Source: a virus (Duplodnaviria > Caudoviricetes). Taken from it: 40,870 nt of DNA. The notes beneath the pieces were generated by a model. That model searched no databases. It was not told the DNA's origin and worked only from the letters and a program-made list of their open reading frames with translations. This document shows, piece after piece, positions 1 through 9,653 of the stretch. The DNA is taken from IMG/VR virus record IMGVR_UViG_3300038393_000751, positions 1-40,870 of that record. The stretch is one strand, 5' to 3'. How positions within the stretch are numbered: the stretch's first letter is position 1; each line of letters starts with the position of its first letter. A program made the translations under genes and the position numbers.

Positions 1-62
1 AGGACGTAGGAAAAGAGACACAAAGCCTATTTGCGAAGGATGCTTGGACCTTCGCCACTTAA
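1..62 (+). CDS. 3' end of an upstream gene (partial)
   Basis: Open frame ...DVGKETQSLFAKDAWTFAT ending at TAA 60-62, directly before the RBS of the next gene. Confidence 0.45.
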   Translation, partial: DVGKETQSLFAKDAWTFAT

Positions 63-75
63 AGGGGGATGCCAT

Positions 76-264
76 ATGGCCGATCGGCGCATTCTTGATT
101 CCAATAAAAATTTTGTTGCTCCCGGGGTAATTTCGCAAACGGGGCACGTCACGTATACATCCATCCCGCAAAAGCAGCGGATTGTCGATGGCAACGGTCA
201 TTTGGTGGCTCCCGGGGTTATCGTTCAATCCGGACATGCCACCGTCAACACGATTAAACGATAA
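76..264 (+). CDS. 62-aa hypothetical protein with an internal 30-aa duplication
   Basis: RBS AAGGGGG then ATG 76, preferred over TTG 31. RILDSNKNFVAPGVISQTGH / RIVDGNGHLVAPGVIVQSGH. Confidence 0.7.
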   Translation: MADRRILDSNKNFVAPGVISQTGHVTYTSIPQKQRIVDGNGHLVAPGVIVQSGHATVNTIKR

Positions 265-278
265 GGAGGAACTGACCT

Positions 279-749
279 ATGTTACCAATTGTCTATGATG
301 CCAATGGGAATCCGTGCCTCCTGGTGCAGATCAACGGAAGTGCAGCCTCGGGCGGCGCGATCAACACGAATGCGACAGTCGTCGGGACCAGCGTCATGCA
401 GCCCGTGGATATTCAGAACCGGCTGCAAACAACGACTCAAACGCATAATGCCGTGAGTGTTGCGCTAAGTGGTACATCTACGCAGACCAATTTTATTGAT
501 ACGGCTGGGTTTGATACCGTTGCTGTCACTGTAATGAATGACGTTAATACCCAACAAAACGGTGTAAATCTGTTTTGGTCTAACGATGGGACTACTCTAC
601 ACGGTAGTGAAACGCTTCTAGCGTCGGCAGTAGGCCAAACAAGGGCCGCATCTACGGCAATTAAAGCACGATATTTAAAGGTTCAGCTCACAAACGGTGA
701 CGCATCAGCAGCCCATACCATGAGTGCTTGGGCCTATCTCAAAGCGTAA
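279..749 (+). CDS. hypothetical virion-associated beta-rich protein
   Basis: RBS AAGGAGG; T/S/A/V-rich; structural-gene context. Confidence 0.7.
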   Translation: MLPIVYDANGNPCLLVQINGSAASGGAINTNATVVGTSVMQPVDIQNRLQTTTQTHNAVSVALSGTSTQTNFIDTAGFDTVAVTVMNDVNTQQNGVNLFWSNDGTTLHGSETLLASAVGQTRAASTAIKARYLKVQLTNGDASAAHTMSAWAYLKA

Positions 750-764
750 AGGAGGGAAAACCAT

Positions 765-1004
765 ATGCCACAACAACCACCTAGCACAAACGGAATTATG
801 GAGCTCGACGCCACAACCGCCGATGCGATCCGCACGAAGCTGCAAACGATCCAGGCGGCATTTACGCCAACGGATGAGCAGCCCGTATGCGATACGTTCT
901 ACATTACAGCTACGTACAACCGCGAAAACCCGGACTTCCCAATCAACGGGGATACCGCACAATATCTGCTTGCAGCGGTAGGTGACGCCAATGCCGGGGC
1001 TTAG
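765..1004 (+). CDS. hypothetical protein
   Basis: RBS AAAGGAGGG; overlaps the start of the next gene. Confidence 0.7.
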   Translation: MPQQPPSTNGIMELDATTADAIRTKLQTIQAAFTPTDEQPVCDTFYITATYNRENPDFPINGDTAQYLLAAVGDANAGA

Positions 1005-4000
1005 GTTTAATGGGCTGAATAACTACGTAACACTCACTAATTCCGGTCTGGACCTTACCACTCAAGGAACGGTTGAGGCTTGGTTTAAGTGCTCTGGAAC
1101 GAACGGCACTAACCAAATGATTGTTGACCGTAACCCTAACTATGGGTATACCATTTTTCTCGATAGCGCTGGGAATCTTCAAGGTAGGTTCACTCAGACC
1201 GGATCAACAACCAGCCCAAAGACATACGCAGACGGCCTTTGGCATCATGCGGTTGTTACCGCTCAATCCGGTACGACAATCATGTATGTGGACGGAGCTC
1301 AAGTAAATAGCACAACCTTTACTGGAAGTGCAACGCAATCGCTCACGACCTATATCGGTTCACGTTCTGGGACGCAGTTCTTTTTCAGCGGATCAATCGC
1401 AGCTGCTCGCATCTATTCCCGCGCCCTTTCCGCCTCCGAAGTAGCCGCCAACTACGCCGGGACCGTCACGCGCACGGGCCTTGCCGGGGAATGGCTGTTC
1501 AACGAAGGCCAAGGCACGACCGCACTTGATACGTCCGGGAACGGGAACAACGGCACGATTACGGGAGCTACGTGGGTTGTAAAGGCGTCACAGCAGGGGC
1601 TAACGTTTAATGGGCTGGGAACGGACTATATTGGTTTGCCTGTTGGTCTTCCGTCTTTATTCAACTTCGGTACAGGAGACTTAACTTTTGAATTGAGGTG
1701 CAGTTTGGGAGAAATTCCGATTACTAACAAGGTGATTTTTGGTGACGACTCATCGACTTCCACGCCTTGGATCGGGATAATCAATGGTGGCTACATCCAA
1801 TTTGCCCTAAGCGGAACTAACTTTGTTTCATCCAGCCCCCAGCCTTTAAATGCACCAATTCATGTTGTGGCTATGCGTTTAAGTGGGACGATGTACGTTT
1901 ATATCAATGGGGTACTGGCTGGAACACCGACAAACTACACAACCGCTGTAAGTTTATCAAATAATGCGGCTATTGGTAGATTCGGCTCCAGCTTAAACAA
2001 AACGTTTTATTTCAAAGGTCAAGTGAGCTCTTTTCGCATCTACAATCGGGGATTGAGTGCATCCGAAGTATCCGCCAATTACGCTGGAAACGTCACTCGT
2101 TCCGGTCTAGTCGGTGAATGGCTGATGCAAGCGGGCCAAGGCACAACCGCCTTTGACACGTCCGGTAACGGCAATCACGGGACCATCACAGGCGCAACGT
2201 GGGCTGTGAAGTCGAAAGCGCGGTTCAATCTGCTGGGCGTGGACGGAAACTGTGATAGCTTAACTGGGTGGAATAACGGAAACTCGACAACGATATTGAC
2301 GTTAGATTCCGCTAATGCAAAGTACGGAATTAATGCAATTAAAGCTACTATTAACACGGGCGGGACAGTCGCAAGTGCTTGGTGGAATACTAAGCCCATC
2401 TCGTTAGTCGGCGGCAAGTATTACATCCTAGCAGCAGATGTGAAGAATGGAACATCATCTAATGTGCGATTATTCCTTGACGATTCAAGCGGTTCCGTAC
2501 TGGTTGCGAGCCCATTATTATCGGGGACAACATACACTACAGCTTACGTTAAATATGCTACTCCTTCTGTCGGTGCTAAAGTAACTGTTGAGGCAATATC
2601 CGCAGGAACACCCGGACAATATGGATACGTGGACGGCATCCGCCTCTACGAAATTTCGGCAGACGAATACAACCGTATCGACGTCGATCCGAGCTGGACG
2701 GGCGGCGCGAACATCAGCGCATTGTTCCCGTATGTGGAAGCAGCGACTCCGTTATCCACGCTTCCAGCCGTTAACAAGACGGTGCGGACGGGGATGCGGT
2801 TTAATGGATTGACGGATAAGATCACCGCTCCTAACGTCAATCTGAACGCATCTGGAACGCTTATGGCGTGGATTCAACCCGGAACACCGACTAGCCCAAC
2901 GTTCTATCAGGGCATTATCGGGAATATCGACTTCAATATCGACCGTAACGGATACATTATGTGTGTCAATAACTCCGTACTTGAGCTTGAAACCGGAAGC
3001 GCCACAGCTCTCCAGCGTGTATTCGGGACAACTAATCTTCGGGACGGAAAATGGCATTTTGTATGTGTAACGTGGGATTCCTCCGTTATGCGAGCGTATA
3101 CGGATGGCGTTAAGGAAGGCGAAGTTACTCAAACGGTAATTCCGACGAACGCAACTTTACCGCTGGCAATCGGATATGGGAATAACTATCCGTCTCAATT
3201 CGTTGGGCCGATGAATGGAATTCGGATGTATAACCGAGCATTGACTCAAACGGAAATTACAGCAGCTTACGCCGGGACCGTCACCCGCACGGGCCTCGTC
3301 GGAGAGTGGCTGCTCGATCATCGGTATAACGGCTATGCGCTGGATACGGCACAAGGCGCGACAACGGTCGTGGGGAATTTGCTTCCGGGGCTTGATACTG
3401 GGACATGGACGGTTGACTCCCACGCTGTTGTAAATGGGCCTTACAGCTTAACGCTGAACGCTACCTTAGCGAACCAGATTACCAATAGCCCAAATATACG
3501 AGTAGTGCCGAACAGGGATTATATCCTCAGTGTGGGCATTGGAACTTTAGCAACGCATCAGGTTTATTTGCGGGAATTCGATGCAAGCGGGGCACAGATC
3601 GGTTCAACGAAATCTGTAACCTCTGCCCAAGGAGCAACGAACGCAACGATTATATTTACGTCTTCTCCGACAACAAATTATATCGACGTTCGATTACTCT
3701 CGGGTGCAGCGGGGACATTTACGTTTAATCAGTTCATGTTTACGACAATCGACGGCACCAGCGCAGCCTTCGCTCCGCAAACCGGAAATCACGGCGCGGT
3801 GTATGGCGCAATCCCGGCGATTCGCAGAGCCACGCTCAAGCCGAAGAAGAATCTGCTGCCTACGTTTGATTCGGGAAAGTGGACGATAGATGCAGCGTAC
3901 ACCGTTAGCGGGAATACGCTTAGCGCTAATATTTCTACTGGGTACAAAAACATTACCATCGTCATTCCGAATATCAAGCCTAGTACGACCTATATGATCT

Positions 4001-6492
4001 CCGGCATGAGTAATAAAGTCGGTGTTTCGGCTAGATCGAACAGCAGCTCGGGAACGCTCTTGTTTAACCTCGATGGTACCTATACGGGAAGCTACACGTT
4101 TACAACGGCAGCAGATACAACGTCACTCTATATTGGTTTAGCTAATGCAGGAGCGGCTACGGGATTGATTTCTATATCCGATCCGCAGCTAGAACTTGGC
4201 TCCACGCAAACCACGTTTGAATCGTATACCCTGGTCCCGGACATCAAACAGGTTCTCCCGGTTCTTGCATCCAGCACGGCAGCGGCTCCGGTTGCTCCAG
4301 CGGCAGATACTACAGCTCCAGCAGCTCCAACAGGGCTCACGGCAACGGCTGTATCCAGCTCGCAGATTAACCTCTCCTGGACCGCAGCAACGGATAATGT
4401 GGGCGTTACAGGCTATGACGTGTATCGCGGGGGCAACTTGATCGGATCGACCACCGGAGCGACCGCGTACAACGACACGGGCCTCACGGCTTCTACATCG
4501 TATTCGTACACGGTGAAGGCGAAGGATGCAGCAGGCAACGTCTCGGCAGCAAGCAGCAGCGCAAGCGCGACAACGCAATCTGCGGCAGATACAACGCCTC
4601 CATCGGTTCCGAGCAGCTTAACGGCTACGGCAATATCAACCACTCAAATCAATCTCAGCTGGAGTGCATCGACGGATAACGTAGCGGTTACGGGCTATGA
4701 TGTCTACCGGGGCGCTTCGCTCATCGGCTCTACAACCGGAGCCACGACCTACAGTGATACGGGGCTTACTCCTTCGACAGCCTATTCGTACACGGTCAAA
4801 GCAAAGGATGCGGCGGGCAATATCTCCGCAGCCAGCAGCGCAGCTTCCGCAACCACGCAGGCCATGGGCAACCTGGTTTTGCAGAGTAACTGGGAACAAG
4901 GCTCATTCTCGGAGGCGGGAACCGGTTCCGCAGTAACGAAATCGGCCAGCACGACCAGGCTGCGTACAATCAATCCGGTTTCGATTACAGGTGGAACGTC
5001 TTACACCTTCAGCGTTCAATCCGGGTACAAGATCATGATGATTACGCTTGATAGCAGCGGCAATGAGCTGGATTATGTGGATTGGCAAACGCTGCCTTAT
5101 ATCATCACAGTCAATGCCTCGGCGGTTTCTGCGGTGTTCCGGGTGGCCTTTACGGATGATTCGGTCATTACGACAACGGCCATTAGTGCAGCTATGCCAA
5201 GGCTGGAGCTGACCTCCAGGACAACCGTTCCGTACCAGGGTGCAAGCTTCAACGGTACAAGCCAGTATGCCGAGGATGGGGTTATCGCCTGGAGCGGCGG
5301 CTTCACGGTGGATATGTACATCTATCATGATGCGAGCGTTAACCAGGACTGGAACCGGATTATTCAGCGAGGCAACGACGATGGAGCAGGATTCGCCATC
5401 AGGCGATACTCAACGGGGGTTATTTTCACAAATGCCACTACTGCCCCGGACAATGCCTATGTCGATTTGGCAAGCGGCTGGCACAGGCTCCAGTTCCGAT
5501 ATACGGGCTCGGTTCAAGAAATCTGGGTGGATGGGACCAAAGCCACAACATCATCTGTATCCGATGCTCCAGGTTCGGTAGGAAGCCAGTTCACCGTGGG
5601 TAAGAAAACGGGGGCTGCGGAGTATTACTGGAGCGGTTCGATGAAGAACTTACGCTTTTGGAACCGCAGCTTAACGGATACGGAAATGGGCCAGCTGAAT
5701 GGCGGCACGGCCATCAGTTCCGGACTCAAGGGCGAATGGTTCACAAAAGCCTTCAGCGGAACAACCTTATCGGATACTTCGGGCAGCGGCAATACACTGA
5801 CGCTGTATGGCGGGCTCGGTATGGATACAGGTGTACCGACGACGAATTTGGCGGTTGAATACCGACTTGGGGATGGATCGGGACAAACGCTCGCGGATTA
5901 CTCGGCAAATGCGCTTAACGCTACACTCGGCAGCAGTACCAGCGTTGAAACGGCAGACCCGGCATGGACTTCCTATGGACTCAGCTTCTCTAATGCGGAG
6001 CTGGATGTAACGAACATTCCGTACAATGCCGCACTTGATTTCAGCGCGAGCTCCAGCGTTACGATTATCGCCTTAGTCAAACTCACGAATGTGGCATCGG
6101 TGCAAACCTATGAACGGCGCAACGGCTCGCTGGGATGGTTGCAACTCCGAAATCGTGCAGGGCAACCCGGGAACATCCTGTGCCATAATGATGCAGGAAC
6201 ATCTGTTTCGGCCAATACAGCCCGAAATCAAGTATCCGATACATGGGATGTACTGTTTGGACGGATTAATGCAGGCACGATGCAGGCACGGTTTAACAAA
6301 GAAGCTTGGGGTACTTCAGCAACCGCTTCGGGTACGTATACATTCGCAAGTGTCGGGGCAACCCTAGCCCCTCGGGATGGTAACATTGCTTACTTCGCCT
6401 ATTACAACCGAGCTTTGTCTGATGCAGAGTGCGATAAGGTATATGACTTCATCAAGCAGCTGGTGAACGGTCGAGGCATTACGCTGGCATAG
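991..6492 (+). CDS. large multi-LamG (concanavalin-like) / CBM-like / 2x Fn3 virion adhesin or tail-fibre protein
   Basis: Start ATG 991 behind AGGTGA. Repeated LamG motifs (FNG..YV, W(H)HAV, RIY.RALS..E, GLVGEW..D.SGNGNHG); two Fn3 units DTT(A/P)P..P..LTATA.S..QINLSW.A.TDNV.VTGYDVYR. Confidence 0.85.
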   Translation: MPGLRFNGLNNYVTLTNSGLDLTTQGTVEAWFKCSGTNGTNQMIVDRNPNYGYTIFLDSAGNLQGRFTQTGSTTSPKTYADGLWHHAVVTAQSGTTIMYVDGAQVNSTTFTGSATQSLTTYIGSRSGTQFFFSGSIAAARIYSRALSASEVAANYAGTVTRTGLAGEWLFNEGQGTTALDTSGNGNNGTITGATWVVKASQQGLTFNGLGTDYIGLPVGLPSLFNFGTGDLTFELRCSLGEIPITNKVIFGDDSSTSTPWIGIINGGYIQFALSGTNFVSSSPQPLNAPIHVVAMRLSGTMYVYINGVLAGTPTNYTTAVSLSNNAAIGRFGSSLNKTFYFKGQVSSFRIYNRGLSASEVSANYAGNVTRSGLVGEWLMQAGQGTTAFDTSGNGNHGTITGATWAVKSKARFNLLGVDGNCDSLTGWNNGNSTTILTLDSANAKYGINAIKATINTGGTVASAWWNTKPISLVGGKYYILAADVKNGTSSNVRLFLDDSSGSVLVASPLLSGTTYTTAYVKYATPSVGAKVTVEAISAGTPGQYGYVDGIRLYEISADEYNRIDVDPSWTGGANISALFPYVEAATPLSTLPAVNKTVRTGMRFNGLTDKITAPNVNLNASGTLMAWIQPGTPTSPTFYQGIIGNIDFNIDRNGYIMCVNNSVLELETGSATALQRVFGTTNLRDGKWHFVCVTWDSSVMRAYTDGVKEGEVTQTVIPTNATLPLAIGYGNNYPSQFVGPMNGIRMYNRALTQTEITAAYAGTVTRTGLVGEWLLDHRYNGYALDTAQGATTVVGNLLPGLDTGTWTVDSHAVVNGPYSLTLNATLANQITNSPNIRVVPNRDYILSVGIGTLATHQVYLREFDASGAQIGSTKSVTSAQGATNATIIFTSSPTTNYIDVRLLSGAAGTFTFNQFMFTTIDGTSAAFAPQTGNHGAVYGAIPAIRRATLKPKKNLLPTFDSGKWTIDAAYTVSGNTLSANISTGYKNITIVIPNIKPSTTYMISGMSNKVGVSARSNSSSGTLLFNLDGTYTGSYTFTTAADTTSLYIGLANAGAATGLISISDPQLELGSTQTTFESYTLVPDIKQVLPVLASSTAAAPVAPAADTTAPAAPTGLTATAVSSSQINLSWTAATDNVGVTGYDVYRGGNLIGSTTGATAYNDTGLTASTSYSYTVKAKDAAGNVSAASSSASATTQSAADTTPPSVPSSLTATAISTTQINLSWSASTDNVAVTGYDVYRGASLIGSTTGATTYSDTGLTPSTAYSYTVKAKDAAGNISAASSAASATTQAMGNLVLQSNWEQGSFSEAGTGSAVTKSASTTRLRTINPVSITGGTSYTFSVQSGYKIMMITLDSSGNELDYVDWQTLPYIITVNASAVSAVFRVAFTDDSVITTTAISAAMPRLELTSRTTVPYQGASFNGTSQYAEDGVIAWSGGFTVDMYIYHDASVNQDWNRIIQRGNDDGAGFAIRRYSTGVIFTNATTAPDNAYVDLASGWHRLQFRYTGSVQEIWVDGTKATTSSVSDAPGSVGSQFTVGKKTGAAEYYWSGSMKNLRFWNRSLTDTEMGQLNGGTAISSGLKGEWFTKAFSGTTLSDTSGSGNTLTLYGGLGMDTGVPTTNLAVEYRLGDGSGQTLADYSANALNATLGSSTSVETADPAWTSYGLSFSNAELDVTNIPYNAALDFSASSSVTIIALVKLTNVASVQTYERRNGSLGWLQLRNRAGQPGNILCHNDAGTSVSANTARNQVSDTWDVLFGRINAGTMQARFNKEAWGTSATASGTYTFASVGATLAPRDGNIAYFAYYNRALSDAECDKVYDFIKQLVNGRGITLA
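4306..4860 (+). repeat. tandem Fn3-coding repeat, two units of about 280 bp
   Basis: Near-identical peptide units with shared DNA such as TATTCGTACACGGT and AAGGATGC. Confidence 0.85.
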
Positions 6493-6507
6493 AAAGGGGG
6501 AACTCCC

Positions 6508-7140
6508 GTGGCAAAAGACTTCACAGAGCTGCATAAACGGCTCCAGAAGTACGTAGATGATACGGTTGATCCAAGTGACGCCATCATGTGGTTCAACGCT
6601 TGTAATGAGGATATAAGCTTTATCGCGGGGTACGCCAAGACGCTGACCGTCCCTTTCAACCGGGATGTTCCCGTCATGGACCTCCCGAGCGATTTCATCG
6701 AATTGATGGAGCTGAAGCTCAAGAAAAACTCTCAAGATGATTATTTGCGGATCAGGCCCCTTGGCCTGGTCCAGCCTATTGATTTGTATGATCCGGGATA
6801 CCCGGAAGTTGACGGATCGGCAGGCTACGAGATATTCGGGGACTCCATTGAAATCCGCATGGATAACATGGAATCCGGGCAGCTGCTCTATCGGTATTAT
6901 GCCTACCTCCCGGATGTGACAGACCTCACGAACGTCCCGGCACTCAAGCCCCGGTTTCATGACATGTACGCACTTTTTGCTGCCACCAAGTTTTTTCAGG
7001 AGTATCAAGATGAGCTCCAGACGAAAAATGACTATTGGGGCGAATACATGGCAAAACGGCAGGAACTTGAAGTGGAATTCAACCGGATTAAAACCCGTTC
7101 CCGGTCCAAAACGGTGTACCAATTTAGAGTATGGAGCTGA
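6508..7140 (+). CDS. putative head-tail adaptor protein
   Basis: GTG start behind AAAGGGGG; LPSDF..L and P.L..RFH..YALFA pattern typical of podophage adaptors; lies upstream of the nozzle-like gene. Confidence 0.6.
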   Translation: MAKDFTELHKRLQKYVDDTVDPSDAIMWFNACNEDISFIAGYAKTLTVPFNRDVPVMDLPSDFIELMELKLKKNSQDDYLRIRPLGLVQPIDLYDPGYPEVDGSAGYEIFGDSIEIRMDNMESGQLLYRYYAYLPDVTDLTNVPALKPRFHDMYALFAATKFFQEYQDELQTKNDYWGEYMAKRQELEVEFNRIKTRSRSKTVYQFRVWS

Positions 7141-7146
7141 TGAATC

Positions 7147-7461
7147 ATGGCCGTTAGGCTGAATGTTGCAAACAACGCGCAAACCACACTCAACGGAACG
7201 ATTACATCCGCTCAGACCACCATTACCGTGGCGGATGTATCCTTGTTCCCTACGGCTCCGTTTCGCATCACCGTGGATGCGGAGATTATGGAAGTCTCCA
7301 GCGTCAACGCCGGGGCCAAACAATTCACTGTATTGCGAGCTCAGGAGGGCACAGCCGCAGCCGTACATAACTCCGGGGTGTTCGTCGAGAACCGCTGGAC
7401 GAAGGGAACGTATGATGAGCTTGTCGCAGCCATTAACGAGGCCCGGACCTACGCACCGTAA
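7147..7461 (+). CDS. small virion structural protein
   Basis: NNAQTTL..TI....TTITV...RAQEGT.A..H..G..VE.R pattern seen in phage tail-associated proteins. Confidence 0.7.
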   Translation: MAVRLNVANNAQTTLNGTITSAQTTITVADVSLFPTAPFRITVDAEIMEVSSVNAGAKQFTVLRAQEGTAAAVHNSGVFVENRWTKGTYDELVAAINEARTYAP

Positions 7462-7474
7462 AGGGGGCAAGTAG

Positions 7475-9637
7475 ATGGCAACCGCTACACTATATGCGAT
7501 TAACACAGCAAGGCTCAAGGACCAATACGGTGATTCAGATTATGGATTTGATAGCTTTGACCAATCTAATGTTAACACGACAGCAACCGTGTATTTCTAT
7601 GGTATAAACTATACCATCAGTAATGAACCACCAGGAAATCAAGATGATTGGTTCTTTGCTCGTTTTGATAAAAATGCCATGCCCGCCTATGCTTCCATTA
7701 ACTCGATCACACTTCATTTATATACCGATAATGTGTTTACTTCACAACCTTTCTACTCCGTCGATTGGAATAATGGTTGTTGGGATAACTCAGGATTATT
7801 CACGGGAAGCGGATCAAATCGTGGTGTAGCTAATGGTCCCGCTCAAGTGGCTGGGGTTTCTGGAAACAAAACCATAACAAATGCAGGGGGTGGATGGTAT
7901 ACCGTTGATTTAACGGGATTACAATCCTCTTGGGCGATTCAGATGGGCTCTTGGGGTAATGACATCGGGATGGGCGGCACCTACAGACCTTATCTCGTCG
8001 TGGATTACGTCCCGGCCAACCGCGCTCCCAACCCTCCAGCTGGACTTTCCAACGGACGCGGAACCTGGACATGGTTTAATTCGGCCCCGACATACACTTG
8101 GGCCTTCTCCGATCCGGATGGCGGAGCCCAAGGCGGCTGGCAGCTCCAGCGTTCTTCCGATAACTGGGCTACCGTCGATTATGATACGGGCGTCCAGACG
8201 GGAACCGGAACATCTCATACGATTTCCTGGTCCAATCAAGGATCGCAGTATGTCCGTGTACGGACGTATGATAATTTTGGTGTATGGGGTGACTGGGCTT
8301 GGGATGGGTACAACTATGATACGGTAGGCCCTACGGCTCAATATTGGGGCTGTGGACCAACCGACAATGATACAGGACACCTCAGTACGAACCGAGTCCG
8401 AAACATCCCTGTAGGCGGGACCTACCGCGTTTGGGCCTTGAATGTTACGGATACCCGTTCCGGGGTGAGTATGGTCCGTTTCCCCACACGAAATAACGCA
8501 CAGGGAACCTTTGTTTGGTACGATGGCGTCAATAACGGGGGCGGGAATTGGTATGCGGACATCCCGATCGCAAGTTACAGCAGCGCCGAAGGCTCCTACC
8601 AAACGGATATTTATGCCTATGACGTAGCCGGGAACAGCCCGTTTATAGGCAGCGTTACCGTCACCGTGGACCGTACCGTACCACTTGCTCCGACTATCAC
8701 GCTAGGCACTCCATTGTCTACGTCGATTGCCCTTTCCTGGACCGCGTTTAATGATGGGGGAACGTCCTCGGGCTGGGCTCAAACGCTGGTGTATATGCGC
8801 AAGTGGAACGGCAGCAGCTACGTGGATATTACGGGCTCTCCTGCTTCTGTGGGGAATGTAACCTCCTATACCTGGACAGGGCTGCTGGAAAATACCCAGT
8901 ATCAAGCCATTGTGCAGTATGTGGACCAAGCCGGGAACTACGGTAATTACAATTCCCCGACCTTCACAACCAATGCGCTGCCGGTTTCCGGGTTGTATGG
9001 ATTGACCAGCTCGGGCTATCTCATTAACCAGCGTCCGAAAATTTCAGTGTATGCCAATGACGCTGGCGGAGATAATGTTGATTTGCATATCAAAATCAGC
9101 AAAAACTCGGACATGAGCAACCCGATTGTAGATTCCTGGGCGAGCCACACATCCGAAGCAGGCAATGCAGGGTGGGCCGTTCGTGCTGCCGTTGTCCATG
9201 GGGTTAAGAACTATTACACGCCTCAAGTGGACCTCGGAACCGGAACATTTTATTTGCAAATCCAGGCGAATGACGGCAAGGAAAACGGGCCGTTAACCTC
9301 ACCGATGACGTTCATAATCAATCCAGTCAATTGGCCGACCATCGTAAAGGATACGGATACCGGAATATCCAAACGGACCGTTGATGACCTTCGGGCTAAG
9401 GCGAATGCAGTTCAGCAGGCAAGAGGCCGAACCGTGACTTCTTTTTCCGATCCGGTCATTACAGCAGGCGTCACGAAGCCGAAGAAAATCCATGTGGATG
9501 AGCTGCAAGCAGCCATTCAGGATATTGCGGCAGCTACGGATGACAGCATTACCTGGAACTCCGTCATTACGGGGGATGTTACGCTACGTTCCGGTGCGCA
9601 CTGGAATGAGCTGCGAAACTGGCTGGTGAAGTTGTAA
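7475..9637 (+). CDS. tail fibre/appendage protein with Fn3/Ig-like and GBS Bsp-like repeat domains
   Basis: GVSMVRFPT...WYDG...G.WYADI......EGSYQTDIYAYD.AGN resembles a Bsp repeat; Fn3 motif SYTWTGL..NTQY; C-terminal H.DEL / HWNELR helical repeats. Confidence 0.7.
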   Translation: MATATLYAINTARLKDQYGDSDYGFDSFDQSNVNTTATVYFYGINYTISNEPPGNQDDWFFARFDKNAMPAYASINSITLHLYTDNVFTSQPFYSVDWNNGCWDNSGLFTGSGSNRGVANGPAQVAGVSGNKTITNAGGGWYTVDLTGLQSSWAIQMGSWGNDIGMGGTYRPYLVVDYVPANRAPNPPAGLSNGRGTWTWFNSAPTYTWAFSDPDGGAQGGWQLQRSSDNWATVDYDTGVQTGTGTSHTISWSNQGSQYVRVRTYDNFGVWGDWAWDGYNYDTVGPTAQYWGCGPTDNDTGHLSTNRVRNIPVGGTYRVWALNVTDTRSGVSMVRFPTRNNAQGTFVWYDGVNNGGGNWYADIPIASYSSAEGSYQTDIYAYDVAGNSPFIGSVTVTVDRTVPLAPTITLGTPLSTSIALSWTAFNDGGTSSGWAQTLVYMRKWNGSSYVDITGSPASVGNVTSYTWTGLLENTQYQAIVQYVDQAGNYGNYNSPTFTTNALPVSGLYGLTSSGYLINQRPKISVYANDAGGDNVDLHIKISKNSDMSNPIVDSWASHTSEAGNAGWAVRAAVVHGVKNYYTPQVDLGTGTFYLQIQANDGKENGPLTSPMTFIINPVNWPTIVKDTDTGISKRTVDDLRAKANAVQQARGRTVTSFSDPVITAGVTKPKKIHVDELQAAIQDIAAATDDSITWNSVITGDVTLRSGAHWNELRNWLVKL

Positions 9638-9653
9638 GGAAGGAGGAATAACG

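Noticed and set aside
6364-7518. 384-aa minus-strand ORF
   Set aside because: Antisense shadow across well-supported + strand genes; no RBS or recognisable motif
991-9637. DGR or invertase-driven fibre variation
   Set aside because: No reverse transcriptase, no TR/VR pair, no recombinase and no inverted cassettes in the window
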